A stretch of 32,000 bases of DNA, from assembly GCF_000940845.1 (NCBI RefSeq), contig NZ_CP010341.1, positions 1,110,001 through 1,142,000 on the forward strand. The letters run 5' to 3'. Position 1 is the stretch's first letter; every line of letters starts with the position of its first letter. The DNA is from Propionibacterium freudenreichii subsp. freudenreichii (GTDB taxonomy: Bacteria; Actinomycetota; Actinomycetes; Propionibacteriales; Propionibacteriaceae). A program made the translations under genes and the position numbers. Shown here piece by piece: positions 15,869 to 23,837 of the stretch. A model generated the notes under the pieces. It did not search any database and had not been told where the DNA came from. It worked only from the letters and a program-made list of their open reading frames with translations.

Positions 15869-17307
15869 GGGTCTTCTCAGATGAGGGTGTAGGTCGGCCG
15901 GGCGCGTCGGTCCGCAGATAGACGTCGAGGTCTCCCGACGATGGAGGTTCCTACGCCATCCATCCGAAAGACCTCGACGTGTCCGACGCTACCCCGCCGG
16001 CCGGCTTCGGCCGCCCTGACCTGACCGCCTTCGCTCGACTCGACGGCCTCGGTCTGAGCGTGACCGGACAACGACTTGAACCGGATCGTGCGGTCCTCGC
16101 GTGCCGCGTGGTGGAACCAGATCAGTGGTGCCGACGGTGCGGCAGCGAAGGCGCTGCTCGTGACACCGTGATCCGGCGGTTGGCCCACGAGCCGCTGGGC
16201 TGGCGACCGACCGTGCTGGAAGTTGTAGTGCGCCGCTACCGCTGTGCCGACTGCGGACACGTGTGGCGCCAAGACACCAGCGCCGCGGCGGAGCCACGCG
16301 CGAAGCTCTCGCGCACCGGGCTGCGGTGGGCGCTGGAAGGGATCGTGGTCGCACACCTCACCGTCGCCCGTGTCGCCGAGGGACTCGGGGTCGCGTGGGA
16401 CACCGCCAACAACGCGGTCCTGGCTGAAGGCAAGCGGCTGCTGATCAACGACCCCACGCGGTTTGAGGGCGTGAAGGTCATTGGCGTCGATGAGCACGTC
16501 TGGCGCCACACCAGGCGTGGCGACAAGTACGTCACCGTGATCATCGACCTCACCCCGGTCCGCGATGGCGCCGGCCCAGCAAGGCTGCTGGACATGGTCG
16601 AGGGCCGGTCGAAGGCGGCGTTCAAGACCTGGCTCGCCGACCGCGACGACGCCTTCCGTGACGCGGTCGAGGTGGTCGCGATGGACGGCTTCACCGGGTT
16701 CAAGACCGCCGCTGCAGAGGAGATCCCGGACGCGGTCACGGTGATGGATCCCTTCCACGTCGTGCGCCTGGCCGGTGACGCCCTCGACAGGTGCCGGCGC
16801 CGGGTCCAACTCGCGATCCACGGGCACCGTGGGTTCAGGGACGACCCGCTCTACAAGTCGCGGCGCACGCTGCACACCGGCGCGGACCTGCTCACCGACA
16901 AGCAGAGCGACAGGCTACGCGCGCTGTTCGTTGATGACGCTCACGTCGAGGTCGAGGCGACCTGGGGTGTCTACCAGCGCATGATCGCCGCCTATCGCCA
17001 CGAGGACCGGCAACGTGGCCGCGAGCTCATGGAGAAGCTGATCACCGACCTCAGCGCCGGCGTCCCCAAGGTGCTCACCGAGCTCACCACCCTGGGCCGG
17101 ACCCTGAAGAAGCGAGCCGCTGACGTGCTCGCCTACTTCGAACGACCCGGCACCAGCAACGGGCCGACCGAGGCGCTCAACGGACGGCTCGAACACCTGC
17201 GCGGCTCCGCACTCGGGTTCCGCAACCTGACCAACTACATCGCCCGAAGCCTGCTCGAGACCGGCGGCTTCAGACCCCAACTCCTACACCCCCGATTGGG
17301 ATGAGCC
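15869..17307 (+). mobile_element. ISL3-family insertion sequence, copy 1 (1439 bp)
   Basis: Terminal inverted repeats GGGTCTTCTCAGATGAGGGTGTAGG and GGCTCATCCCAATCGGGGGTGTAGG (17/25 identical, GGCTC-type ends). It carries a single transposase ORF, has 8-bp direct repeats as expected for ISL3, and sits inside otsA. Confidence 0.92.
15979..17304 (+). CDS. ISL3-family transposase
   Basis: 441 aa with a GTG start. N-terminal zinc-finger pairs (CRRCG...CADCG) are followed by VIGVDEHVWRH..YVTVIIDL..VAMDGFTGFK..NGPTEALNGRLEHLRG, typical of DDE_Tnp_ISL3. The TGA stop lies inside the right inverted repeat. Confidence 0.93.
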   Translation: MSDATPPAGFGRPDLTAFARLDGLGLSVTGQRLEPDRAVLACRVVEPDQWCRRCGSEGAARDTVIRRLAHEPLGWRPTVLEVVVRRYRCADCGHVWRQDTSAAAEPRAKLSRTGLRWALEGIVVAHLTVARVAEGLGVAWDTANNAVLAEGKRLLINDPTRFEGVKVIGVDEHVWRHTRRGDKYVTVIIDLTPVRDGAGPARLLDMVEGRSKAAFKTWLADRDDAFRDAVEVVAMDGFTGFKTAAAEEIPDAVTVMDPFHVVRLAGDALDRCRRRVQLAIHGHRGFRDDPLYKSRRTLHTGADLLTDKQSDRLRALFVDDAHVEVEATWGVYQRMIAAYRHEDRQRGRELMEKLITDLSAGVPKVLTELTTLGRTLKKRAADVLAYFERPGTSNGPTEALNGRLEHLRGSALGFRNLTNYIARSLLETGGFRPQLLHPRLG

Positions 17308-17315
17308 GCCATAGC
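17308..17315. repeat. Target-site duplication GCCATAGC (right copy)
   Basis: Identical to 15861..15868. Confidence 0.9.
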
Positions 17316-17759
17316 CATCGAAGGTGAAGGGCTCGATATGTTCGTCGGCCGAGCCGACCCAGCCGACCCAGGTGCCACCATGGTCCTTCATCACGGGGAT
17401 GAGGGCCGTCACCAGGCCGCCGGGAGACAGGGCCCAGCCCGAGGAGTCGTCGTCATTCTGTACGCGATCTACCGGAAGCCTGTTGGCCACCACGACAAAC
17501 TGTGATGTGCCGGCGGCAGGGGCATCGCGCGGTACGGGATCTTCGGTACGTCCATCGTCGGCGGGCGCACTGGGGATGGATTGTTGATCCTCACTCACGA
17601 CACAGACCTCCTCGGCTGTTCTCTTGGTCTGAGGCTACCAATCCGTGCGCCCACGAATTCTGCGACGGCGGGCTGCGCAGGGCTCCCGGGGATTTCTCCC
17701 GGAGCGTCCGGCGGCTCGCGTGACACCGGTTGGGGCAGTGTTCTGGCACAGTGGATGGC

Positions 17760-18617
17760 ATGACGAGCGGATCAGATCTGGTCAGTTTTCCCACCGACGA
17801 GGGCAGGGCGACGACCGAGGCGATAATCGATGATCCCAGTAACGCATTGATCTGCCTGGACTTTGACGGCACCCTGGCACCGATCGTCGCTGACCCACAG
17901 GATGCCAGGCCTGATCCTGAGGCGATGGCGGCGCTGGAACGACTGCTCACCCGGGTGGGTCGGGTGGCGATCGTGACCGGTCGGCCGGTCGATGTGGCGC
18001 TCCAACTGGGCGGCTTCGCGATGCTTCCGGACACCAGTCGACTTCGTGTATTCGGCCAGTACGGAGCGGAGACCTGGAACGGCGCGACCGGGCACATCCA
18101 CGTGCCCGCGCAACCGCCGGCCATCGGCGAGGCGAAACTGCAGATCGAACGCATGTTGGCCGACCTGTCGGCGCAGAATCCGGCACTGCGGGGAACCGCG
18201 ATCGAGGACAAGGGGCTGGCGATTGGCGTGCACACACGCCGCGCAGCCGATCCCGCCGAGGCGCTGGTGGAACTGACCCCCCGGCTGGACACCCTTGCCG
18301 ACCGGCTGGGCCTGATCACCGAACCGGGTCGCAATGTGGTGGAGCTGCGCGCCGGTCACAGCGACAAGGGTGATGTGGTGGCCAAGCTGTTGGACGATCC
18401 CTCGATCGGCGCGGCTGCCTTCTGCGGCGACGACCTGGGTGACATCTCCGCGTTCGCCGTGCTCATCAAGTGGCGGCGTCGCACCGGACGGCGTGCGGCC
18501 TGCGTGGTGTCCGCCTCGGATGAGGTGCCCAGCCTGCGCGAACGCGCCGATGTGCTGTGTGAAGGACCCTCCGGCATTGCGGCCTGGCTCACCTCCCTCA
18601 CCAGCACCGGCAGTTGA
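17760..18617 (+). CDS. otsB: Trehalose-phosphatase
   Basis: HAD motif I is LICLDFDGTLAPIV, followed by VAIVTGRP and FCGDDLGD. The gene is divergent from otsA. The start is either ATG 17760 or TTG 17730. Confidence 0.88.
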   Translation: MTSGSDLVSFPTDEGRATTEAIIDDPSNALICLDFDGTLAPIVADPQDARPDPEAMAALERLLTRVGRVAIVTGRPVDVALQLGGFAMLPDTSRLRVFGQYGAETWNGATGHIHVPAQPPAIGEAKLQIERMLADLSAQNPALRGTAIEDKGLAIGVHTRRAADPAEALVELTPRLDTLADRLGLITEPGRNVVELRAGHSDKGDVVAKLLDDPSIGAAAFCGDDLGDISAFAVLIKWRRRTGRRAACVVSASDEVPSLRERADVLCEGPSGIAAWLTSLTSTGS

Positions 18618-18692
18618 GCCGGGCGTTCCGATGCGGCGGGGCTGATACAGATCTGGCGACGGGCCGATTCGCGTCGATAGAGTAGCCCAGCC

Positions 18693-18766
18693 GGGGCGTT
18701 AGCTCAGCAGGTCAGAGCAGGGGACTCATAATCCCTGGGTCGTGGGTTCGAGCCCCACACGCCCCA
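18693..18766 (+). tRNA. tRNA-Met (anticodon CAT), elongator type
   Basis: Hand-folded cloverleaf: acceptor GGGGCGT/ACGCCCC, D stem GCTC/GAGC, anticodon stem GGGGA/TCCCT with loop CTCATAA, T arm GTGGG-TTCGAGC-CCCAC, discriminator A. Position 1:72 is paired and A31:T39 breaks the three-GC initiator signature. A tRNA-Ile2 (lysidine) identity cannot be excluded. Confidence 0.9.
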
Positions 18767-18864
18767 CTGCAAAACACGTAGTCAGAGCGTGATTCGAGCG
18801 ACTCGTCAAGTGCCTCGGTAGCACATCGGTAGCGTACGCGGTGGCAAGTGAGTTCGAGCACTCG

Positions 18865-18915
18865 CACATGCAGAAGAGCCGCCGACCGAAATGGTCAGCG
18901 GCTCTTCTGCATGTG
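18865..18915. terminator. Long perfect hairpin between the convergent tRNA-Met and TM2 genes (I-shaped terminator candidate)
   Basis: CACATGCAGAAGAGCCGC (18865-18882) pairs perfectly with GCGGCTCTTCTGCATGTG (18898-18915). The 15-nt loop holds a further GACC/GGTC pairing. There is no T-tract on either strand. It lies 16 nt past the TM2 stop. Confidence 0.55.
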
Positions 18916-18930
18916 GGCGCCCACCAGCGC

Positions 18931-19245
18931 CTACTCCCAGTTCAGGATCGGCCGATTGTTGATGTCACGGAACGATCCGGTGGCGATCATGATGATGTCG
19001 ACGATCCACCCGATGCCAAGGCATCCTGCCGTGAGCAACCAGACGATTCCGGTGCCGGCCTTGCCCGTATAGAACCGATGAACACCGAGCCATCCCAGGA
19101 ATATGCACAGCAGCAGGGCCGCCGTGCGGTTCTTGTCACTGACGGGCGGCTGTCCGAAGGCCTGTTGGTAGCCGCGCTGGCCCTGCGCCGGCGTCTGGGA
19201 GCCTCCTGCTGCGGAGGGTCACTGGGCACCTGCCGGAGAGCCCAC
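18931..19245 (-). pseudogene. TM2-domain membrane protein gene lacking a usable start (frameshift or nonsense at the 5' end)
   Basis: This ORF is not in the track. Minus-strand frame ending at TAG 18931-18933 encodes ..QGYQQAFGQPPVSDKNRTAALLLCIFLGWLGVHRFYTGKAGTGIVWLLTAGCLGIGWIVDIIMIATGSFRDINNRPILNWE, a clear TM2 domain. There is no ATG, GTG or TTG between the in-frame TGA (19219-19221) and the domain. Candidate starts are GTG 19229 (other frame) or GTG 19245 (upstream of the TGA). Confidence 0.55.
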
Positions 19246-19669
19246 GGCGACGAGATGGGCGGGAACTGCGGCTAGCACTGTCGTCCGTAGACGTTGGCAT
19301 TGATCCATCCGGGACCAATATCGGGACCCTGGGCGAGATCCAGAACGACATCCGCCGTTGGCCGACCGTCGGTCACCAGCGCCCGGCGCGCCGCACCGGC
19401 GTGTGCAGGCTCGCCACCGTGTGACATCGGGACTGTCCGTTCAGCAGGTGGGCCAGCTCGTCGGCGCGGTTCTCCTCGCCGATCACCTGCGTGGGCCGTC
19501 CCGGGCGGCAGGACCACATGCGGTTCGTCGGGCAGGCAGGCGCGCACCCCGATTCGGGTGCTGAAGAAATCGCGGTTTCCCCGGGGCGTGACCAGGTCCG
19601 GCCACAGGCGCGGCTGACCGGCTCCGCTCCACCGGCTTGCTGCCCGCTGGCAGCTGTCCCGGCCCGCCG

Positions 19670-20626
19670 TCAGGCTGCAGTGAGCATCGCCATCGCCAAT
19701 TCGCGCAGGCCGCCGGCACGAAGTCCGGGCCAACCGTGCACCTGGTCAACCCAGTTCCCGGGGATTCTGGACGCTCCGTAGGCGGCCCCGAGCAGTCCAC
19801 CAGCGATGGCGGCCACGGTGTCGGTGTCATTGCCGATGGAGACCGCCTCCTGCAGGGCTGCGGCGATGTGTTGCGTCCCGTCGAGGTGTGCGGTGGCGTG
19901 GATCGATGCCCAGGCCGCCTGGAAGGCGGTCACTGTGTAGCCATTCGGGGTGAAGCTGGACGGCGGTCCGTCCTCCGCGGATGCGATCTGGCGTTGCCAC
20001 CACGATCGCCGCTCGGGGGCGAGCTGTGGGAGTCCGCTGCGAACGTCCAGATTGCCGGTGAGGACCGCGTTGCGCACGGCCAACGACCACAGCACGGACG
20101 ACTCGATGCAGCGCGGTTCGCCGTGCGTCAGCGCGCAAACCCGCGCGGCCGCGCTGGCGGTCTCCTCGGCGGAGCCCACGGCGGCCAGTCCCACGACGGA
20201 TGTCCTCATGAGTCCGCCGTTGCCGGCCTGGCCCCGCCGCCCGACATCGCGAGCGATGGCCGTCATCGCCTCGCCGAGGCCGACGCCGTCATGGCGGGAC
20301 GCCATCTCGAGGACGGTTGCGGTCTGATTGCCGATGTCCGAGGCTGCGTTGTGCTTCCAATCGATGAACGCTGCGGCGACGGCATCCAGTGCATCCGACC
20401 GCGTGAGGCGAGTGCCGGACGCCGCGACGCGCGCAACGCAGACTGCCATCTGGGTGTCGTCGGACCATTCACCGGGTTCATAGGGCCCCAGGCCACCACC
20501 CACCATCCGCGCATCACCCGCGCGAATCGGGGCGGCGAACTCGTAGGGCACGCCCAGGGCGTCGCCCACTGCCTGGCCCACCAGAACACCGGCTGCGCGG
20601 TCCATGACCTGCGGTGAGAACTCCAT
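19670..20626 (-). CDS. ADP-ribosylglycohydrolase family protein
   Basis: 318 aa. GQAVGDALGVPYEF, GEWSDDTQM and GNDTDTVAAIAGGLLGA are ARH-family (DraG-like) metal-site motifs. Confidence 0.9.
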   Translation of the reverse strand: MEFSPQVMDRAAGVLVGQAVGDALGVPYEFAAPIRAGDARMVGGGLGPYEPGEWSDDTQMAVCVARVAASGTRLTRSDALDAVAAAFIDWKHNAASDIGNQTATVLEMASRHDGVGLGEAMTAIARDVGRRGQAGNGGLMRTSVVGLAAVGSAEETASAAARVCALTHGEPRCIESSVLWSLAVRNAVLTGNLDVRSGLPQLAPERRSWWQRQIASAEDGPPSSFTPNGYTVTAFQAAWASIHATAHLDGTQHIAAALQEAVSIGNDTDTVAAIAGGLLGAAYGASRIPGNWVDQVHGWPGLRAGGLRELAMAMLTAA

Positions 20627-20730
20627 GCGTCAGGCCTTCCCGCCGAGGCCAACAAGCTCCGGGCCACGCGCGGCCGGGGGTGACGGCCGGAGCCCGTCAG
20701 GCCGGGGGACACAGCTGCTTCGCGAACGAT

Positions 20731-22989
20731 TCATGGTCCCCACAGTTCCGGCCCTCCCAGTTGAACCTCGGCGCGGGCGGCGGCCGGGTCAATGCTGATG
20801 CGCAGGACATCACCCGGTTTGGCGTCCAACGAGCGCAACATGGGGAGCCACCCCCAGCTGAAGAAGTGTGATGCGCCGAATTTCGCCCTACCGAGCGATT
20901 CCGACGCCCGCACGATGTCCAGCGCACTGCCGGCGACGAGACGATGGACCTCGGGCGCAAACGACAGGACGCCCGTTGCGAGGCATGATGTGGTCACGTC
21001 CATGGTCTGGATGGCGCCGCCGGGGATGAGTGAGGAACTCTTCCTGTGCGGCTCCGCCTCCGAGCGGGCCCGGGCGGCCCGGCGAATTCGCTCCACTGCC
21101 TGCATATCGGGTTCACTGCCGCGAAGCCCCCAGACGTTCTGGGCGAACTTCTGCATCCACTCCGCGTAGGTGGTCCATACGGTCGATGTGCCCGGGGCGA
21201 TTCCGGCTTCTCGGCACGCCTCGCGCAGCGATTGGCGGTCCATCACCTGATAGGGGGAGCTCTTCAGGATGTCGATCATCGTCGCCGTGACCCCACCAAG
21301 GACCTCGTGGTAGTCGAGGGGCTCGAGCGCTCTGACCTGGTCCCCATCGACCTCGAATCCCGAATGGTTCCCGAAGAAGGCCCGCATCGCCTCCACTGGC
21401 GGAAGGAGCTCGAGGCGGCGGAACTTCCACAGGCGCTGCGCACCCTCGTGAATGGAGGTGATCGTTTGGGGCGAATTGACTGACAGGATCGATCGGGCGG
21501 TGTTCACAAGCCGATTGGCATGGGGGCCCTGGTCATCCTTGTGGACCCACAGCCAATCGCCGAACCACCGCACCGTGGGTTCGGCTCGCAGGATGCGCTG
21601 CACTGCTGCGGGATCGGGCGACTCGGACGGGGTCATGAGGGCGTGGCAGATTGTCGGCTCATCCGAATCCAGGGTGTAGTCGGGTCTGAACCCGCCGGTC
21701 TCGAGCAGGGATCTGGCGATGTAGTTGGTCAGGTTGCGGAACCCCCGCGCCGAGCCGCGCAGGTGCTCGAGCCTGCCGTTGATCGCCTCGGTGGGCCCGT
21801 TGGAGGTGCTGGGCCGGTCGAAGTAGGCCAGGACGTCGGCGGCGCGCTTCTTCAGCGTCCTGCCGAGCTTGGTGATCTCGACCAGGGCCTTGGGGACGCC
21901 GGTGCTGATCGAGTCGATGAGCCGGGCCATCAGCTCGCGGCCGTGGCGCCGGTTCTCGTGGCGGTAGGCGGCGATCATGCGCTGGTAGACGCTCCAGGTG
22001 ACCTCGACCTCGACGTGGGCGTCGTCGGCGAACAGGGTGTCCAGTCGGTCCTTCTGCTTGTCGTTGAGCAGGTCGGCGCCGGTGGACAGGGTCCGGCGGG
22101 CGGCATAGAGCGGGTCGCCCTTGCGGCCGCGGTGCCCACAGATGGCCTGCTGAACTCGCCGTCGGCACTCATCGAGCGCCTCGCCAGCGAGGCGCGTGAC
22201 GTGGAAGGGATCTAGCACGGTCACCACGTCGGGCAGTTCCTCGACGGCGGCGGTCTTGAACCCGGTGAAGCCGTCCATCGCGACCACCTCCACGCCGTCG
22301 CGCCACTCCTGCGGGCGGTCGGCCAGCCAGGTCTTGAACGCCTGCTTGGAGCGTCCTTCGACCATGTCCAGCAGCCGTGCCGGGCCGGTGCCATCTCGCA
22401 CTGGGGTGAGGTCGATGATCACGGTGACGTACCTGTCGCCGCGACGGGTGTGCCTCCACACGTGCTCATCGACCCCGACGACCTTCACCCCCTCGAAGCG
22501 GTGCTCCTCGTCGATCAGCACCCGCTTGCCCTCGGCCAGAACGGCGTCGTTGGCGGTGTCCCAGGCCACCCCGAGCCCCTCGGCGACCCGAGCCACGGTC
22601 AGGTGCTGGACCACGATCCCTTCCAGCGCCCACCGCAGAGCGCGCCGAGACAACTTGGCCCGGGGCTCGGCCGCGGCGGTGGTGTCCTGGCGCCACACAT
22701 ACCCGCAGCCGCTGCAGCGGTAACGGCGCACGACGACCTCCAGCGTCGTGGGCCGCCAGCCCAGTGGTTCGTGGGTAAGCCGTCGGACCACGGTGTCACG
22801 TGGTCTCCCTTCGCAGCCGCAGCGCCGGCACCACTGGTCGGGCTCGACCACCTGGCAGGCCAATACGGCACGATCCGGCTCGAGTCGCTGCCCGGTGACA
22901 ACGAGGCCGAGTTCGTCGAGGCGGCAGAAGGCAGTCAGGTCGGGGCTGGCGAACGCATCAGCGCGCCCGCCGACGGTAGCGTCGTGCAC
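20731..22989 (-). CDS. ISL3-family transposase ORF that lacks its own stop and reads through the IS end into the 3' part of the disrupted host gene (752-aa chimera)
   Basis: Residues 1 to about 445 align with the copy-1 transposase up to ..SLLETGGFRP. The IS end is 4 nt shorter than in copy 1, so the TGA in GGATGAGCC is out of frame. The ORF leaves the IS at 21656 in the native frame of the host gene and continues for about 305 host codons. Confidence 0.85.
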   Translation of the reverse strand: MHDATVGGRADAFASPDLTAFCRLDELGLVVTGQRLEPDRAVLACQVVEPDQWCRRCGCEGRPRDTVVRRLTHEPLGWRPTTLEVVVRRYRCSGCGYVWRQDTTAAAEPRAKLSRRALRWALEGIVVQHLTVARVAEGLGVAWDTANDAVLAEGKRVLIDEEHRFEGVKVVGVDEHVWRHTRRGDRYVTVIIDLTPVRDGTGPARLLDMVEGRSKQAFKTWLADRPQEWRDGVEVVAMDGFTGFKTAAVEELPDVVTVLDPFHVTRLAGEALDECRRRVQQAICGHRGRKGDPLYAARRTLSTGADLLNDKQKDRLDTLFADDAHVEVEVTWSVYQRMIAAYRHENRRHGRELMARLIDSISTGVPKALVEITKLGRTLKKRAADVLAYFDRPSTSNGPTEAINGRLEHLRGSARGFRNLTNYIARSLLETGGFRPDYTLDSDEPTICHALMTPSESPDPAAVQRILRAEPTVRWFGDWLWVHKDDQGPHANRLVNTARSILSVNSPQTITSIHEGAQRLWKFRRLELLPPVEAMRAFFGNHSGFEVDGDQVRALEPLDYHEVLGGVTATMIDILKSSPYQVMDRQSLREACREAGIAPGTSTVWTTYAEWMQKFAQNVWGLRGSEPDMQAVERIRRAARARSEAEPHRKSSSLIPGGAIQTMDVTTSCLATGVLSFAPEVHRLVAGSALDIVRASESLGRAKFGASHFFSWGWLPMLRSLDAKPGDVLRISIDPAAARAEVQLGGPELWGP
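21648..21655. repeat. Target-site duplication AGATTGTC (low-coordinate copy) of IS copy 2
   Basis: Identical 8-mer at 23112..23119, abutting the other IS end. Confidence 0.9.
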
Positions 22990-23111
22990 GTCGAGGTCTT
23001 TCGGGCTGAGTGTGTAGGAGCTCTCATCCTCGGGAGACCTCGACCTCTATCCGGCCACCGACGCGCCGGCCCGCCGCGCGACGTGCGCTACACCCTCATC
23101 TGGGAAGAGCC
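21656..23111 (-). mobile_element. ISL3-family insertion sequence, copy 2 (1456 bp), diverged from copy 1
   Basis: Inverted repeats GGCTCTTCCCAGATGAGGGTGTAG and GGCTCATCCGAATCCAGGGTGTAG (18/24 identical) with 8-bp direct repeats. By eye the transposase is roughly 80% identical to copy 1. Confidence 0.92.
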
Positions 23112-23119
23112 AGATTGTC
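23112..23119. repeat. Target-site duplication AGATTGTC (high-coordinate copy)
   Basis: Identical to 21648..21655. Confidence 0.9.
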
Positions 23120-23837
23120 GTGATCGTGGTCATCCCGAAGGAACTGGTCTGTCGGTTGGCCATGGGCAGCGATTTCGTGACCTGCATCTGCGTTCCCCTG
23201 ACGAGCCATCCGTCCACGACGACCAGGTCGTCACCGATGAGCTCCCCGGCCGAAGTGCCCGTGAGCTTGAGGAGATTGAGGAATCCCTCGCCGGTCAGGG
23301 TCGGGCGGGACAGCCCCAGGGGCGCCAGATATCTGCCAACAGGTTCTGCCGCCGGTGAATACTGCGCAATCGTCAGGGCAATCATCCAGAGTTGCGCGCG
23401 CAGCATTCCCTGAAGGGCGGGCGTGATCCGGGCCATGACTTGTCGGATTCGCTCGCGTGAAACCCCCAGGAGATCGCCTGCTTGGTTGAGCGTTGCCACG
23501 GCGCCTCGTGTTCCGGCGCGTGAAGCGATTGCGGCCAGCCACAGGTCGGTGGGGTCCTTGCCGAACGATGAGCGGTAGGCCGCGGCAAGGAGCTCTTCGA
23601 ACTCATCTTCGAGCGTGTGCGCATCCATGTGGGCGATTCCTTGTGTGGGATTTTCTCAGCTGCGGGGGACAGCCTCGGCTCCGGAAACACCGTGATGTCG
23701 GAGCTGGTGTCGACCCTAATGGCCGGCACCCACACAATTCGGAACTCGGTAACTCGGGATGACTTCCAGCGGGCGAGCCCGGACAGGGGAACCCGTCGAA
23801 GACCCCATCCCACGGCGCCTTGGAGCTGCGCCGGGGG

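Larger units (their letters stand above)
14670..17598 (-). pseudogene. otsA: Trehalose-6-phosphate synthase gene interrupted by an IS element
   Basis: The N-terminal fragment 17308..17598 reads ...[36 protein letters not shown]. The C-terminal fragment 14670..15860 reads [29 protein letters not shown]... Deleting 15869..17315 (the IS plus one duplication copy) restores one in-frame ORF of about 493 codons. GTG start at 17598 follows GAGGAGG. Confidence 0.93.
20731..23628 (-). pseudogene. 477-codon gene of unknown function (N-terminal sigma-70 region-4-like HTH, probable winged-helix repeats) interrupted by an IS
   Basis: The 5' fragment is 23112..23628 and the 3' fragment is 20731..21647. 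Removing 21656..23119 gives 1434 nt, exactly in frame (...FGMTTITTICHALMTPSE...). The HTH reads TLNQAGDLLGVSRERIRQVMARI. Confidence 0.85.

Noticed and set aside
18693-18766. Identity of the tRNA-Met as the initiator tRNA.
   Set aside because: Positions 1:72 form a normal G:C pair, whereas bacterial initiators have a mismatch there. The anticodon stem has A31:T39 rather than three consecutive G:C pairs.
18790-18866. Possible att-site remnants: GATTCGAGCGACTCG and GAGTTCGAGCACTCG resemble the tRNA T-loop region GGGTTCGAGCCCCAC, and TCGGTAGC occurs twice.
   Set aside because: The identity is limited to an 8-nt core (GTTCGAGC). There is no extended match to the tRNA 3' end and no integrase nearby. 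This is too weak to call a direct repeat by eye.
19272-19733. A 153-aa minus-strand ORF as an intact gene.
   Set aside because: Its 5' part overlaps the ARH gene's 3' end. Its middle has low third-position GC, while a different frame there has high GC3 and a protein-like sequence. I treat it as a frameshifted remnant instead.
15869-23111. A composite transposon formed by the two inverted ISL3 copies, carrying otsB, tRNA-Met and the ARH gene.
   Set aside because: Each IS has its own matched 8-bp duplication (GCCATAGC and AGATTGTC), and both insertions reconstruct intact genes when removed individually. The two copies are different isoforms. The segment contains core genes (otsB, a tRNA). Two independent insertions are the simpler reading.
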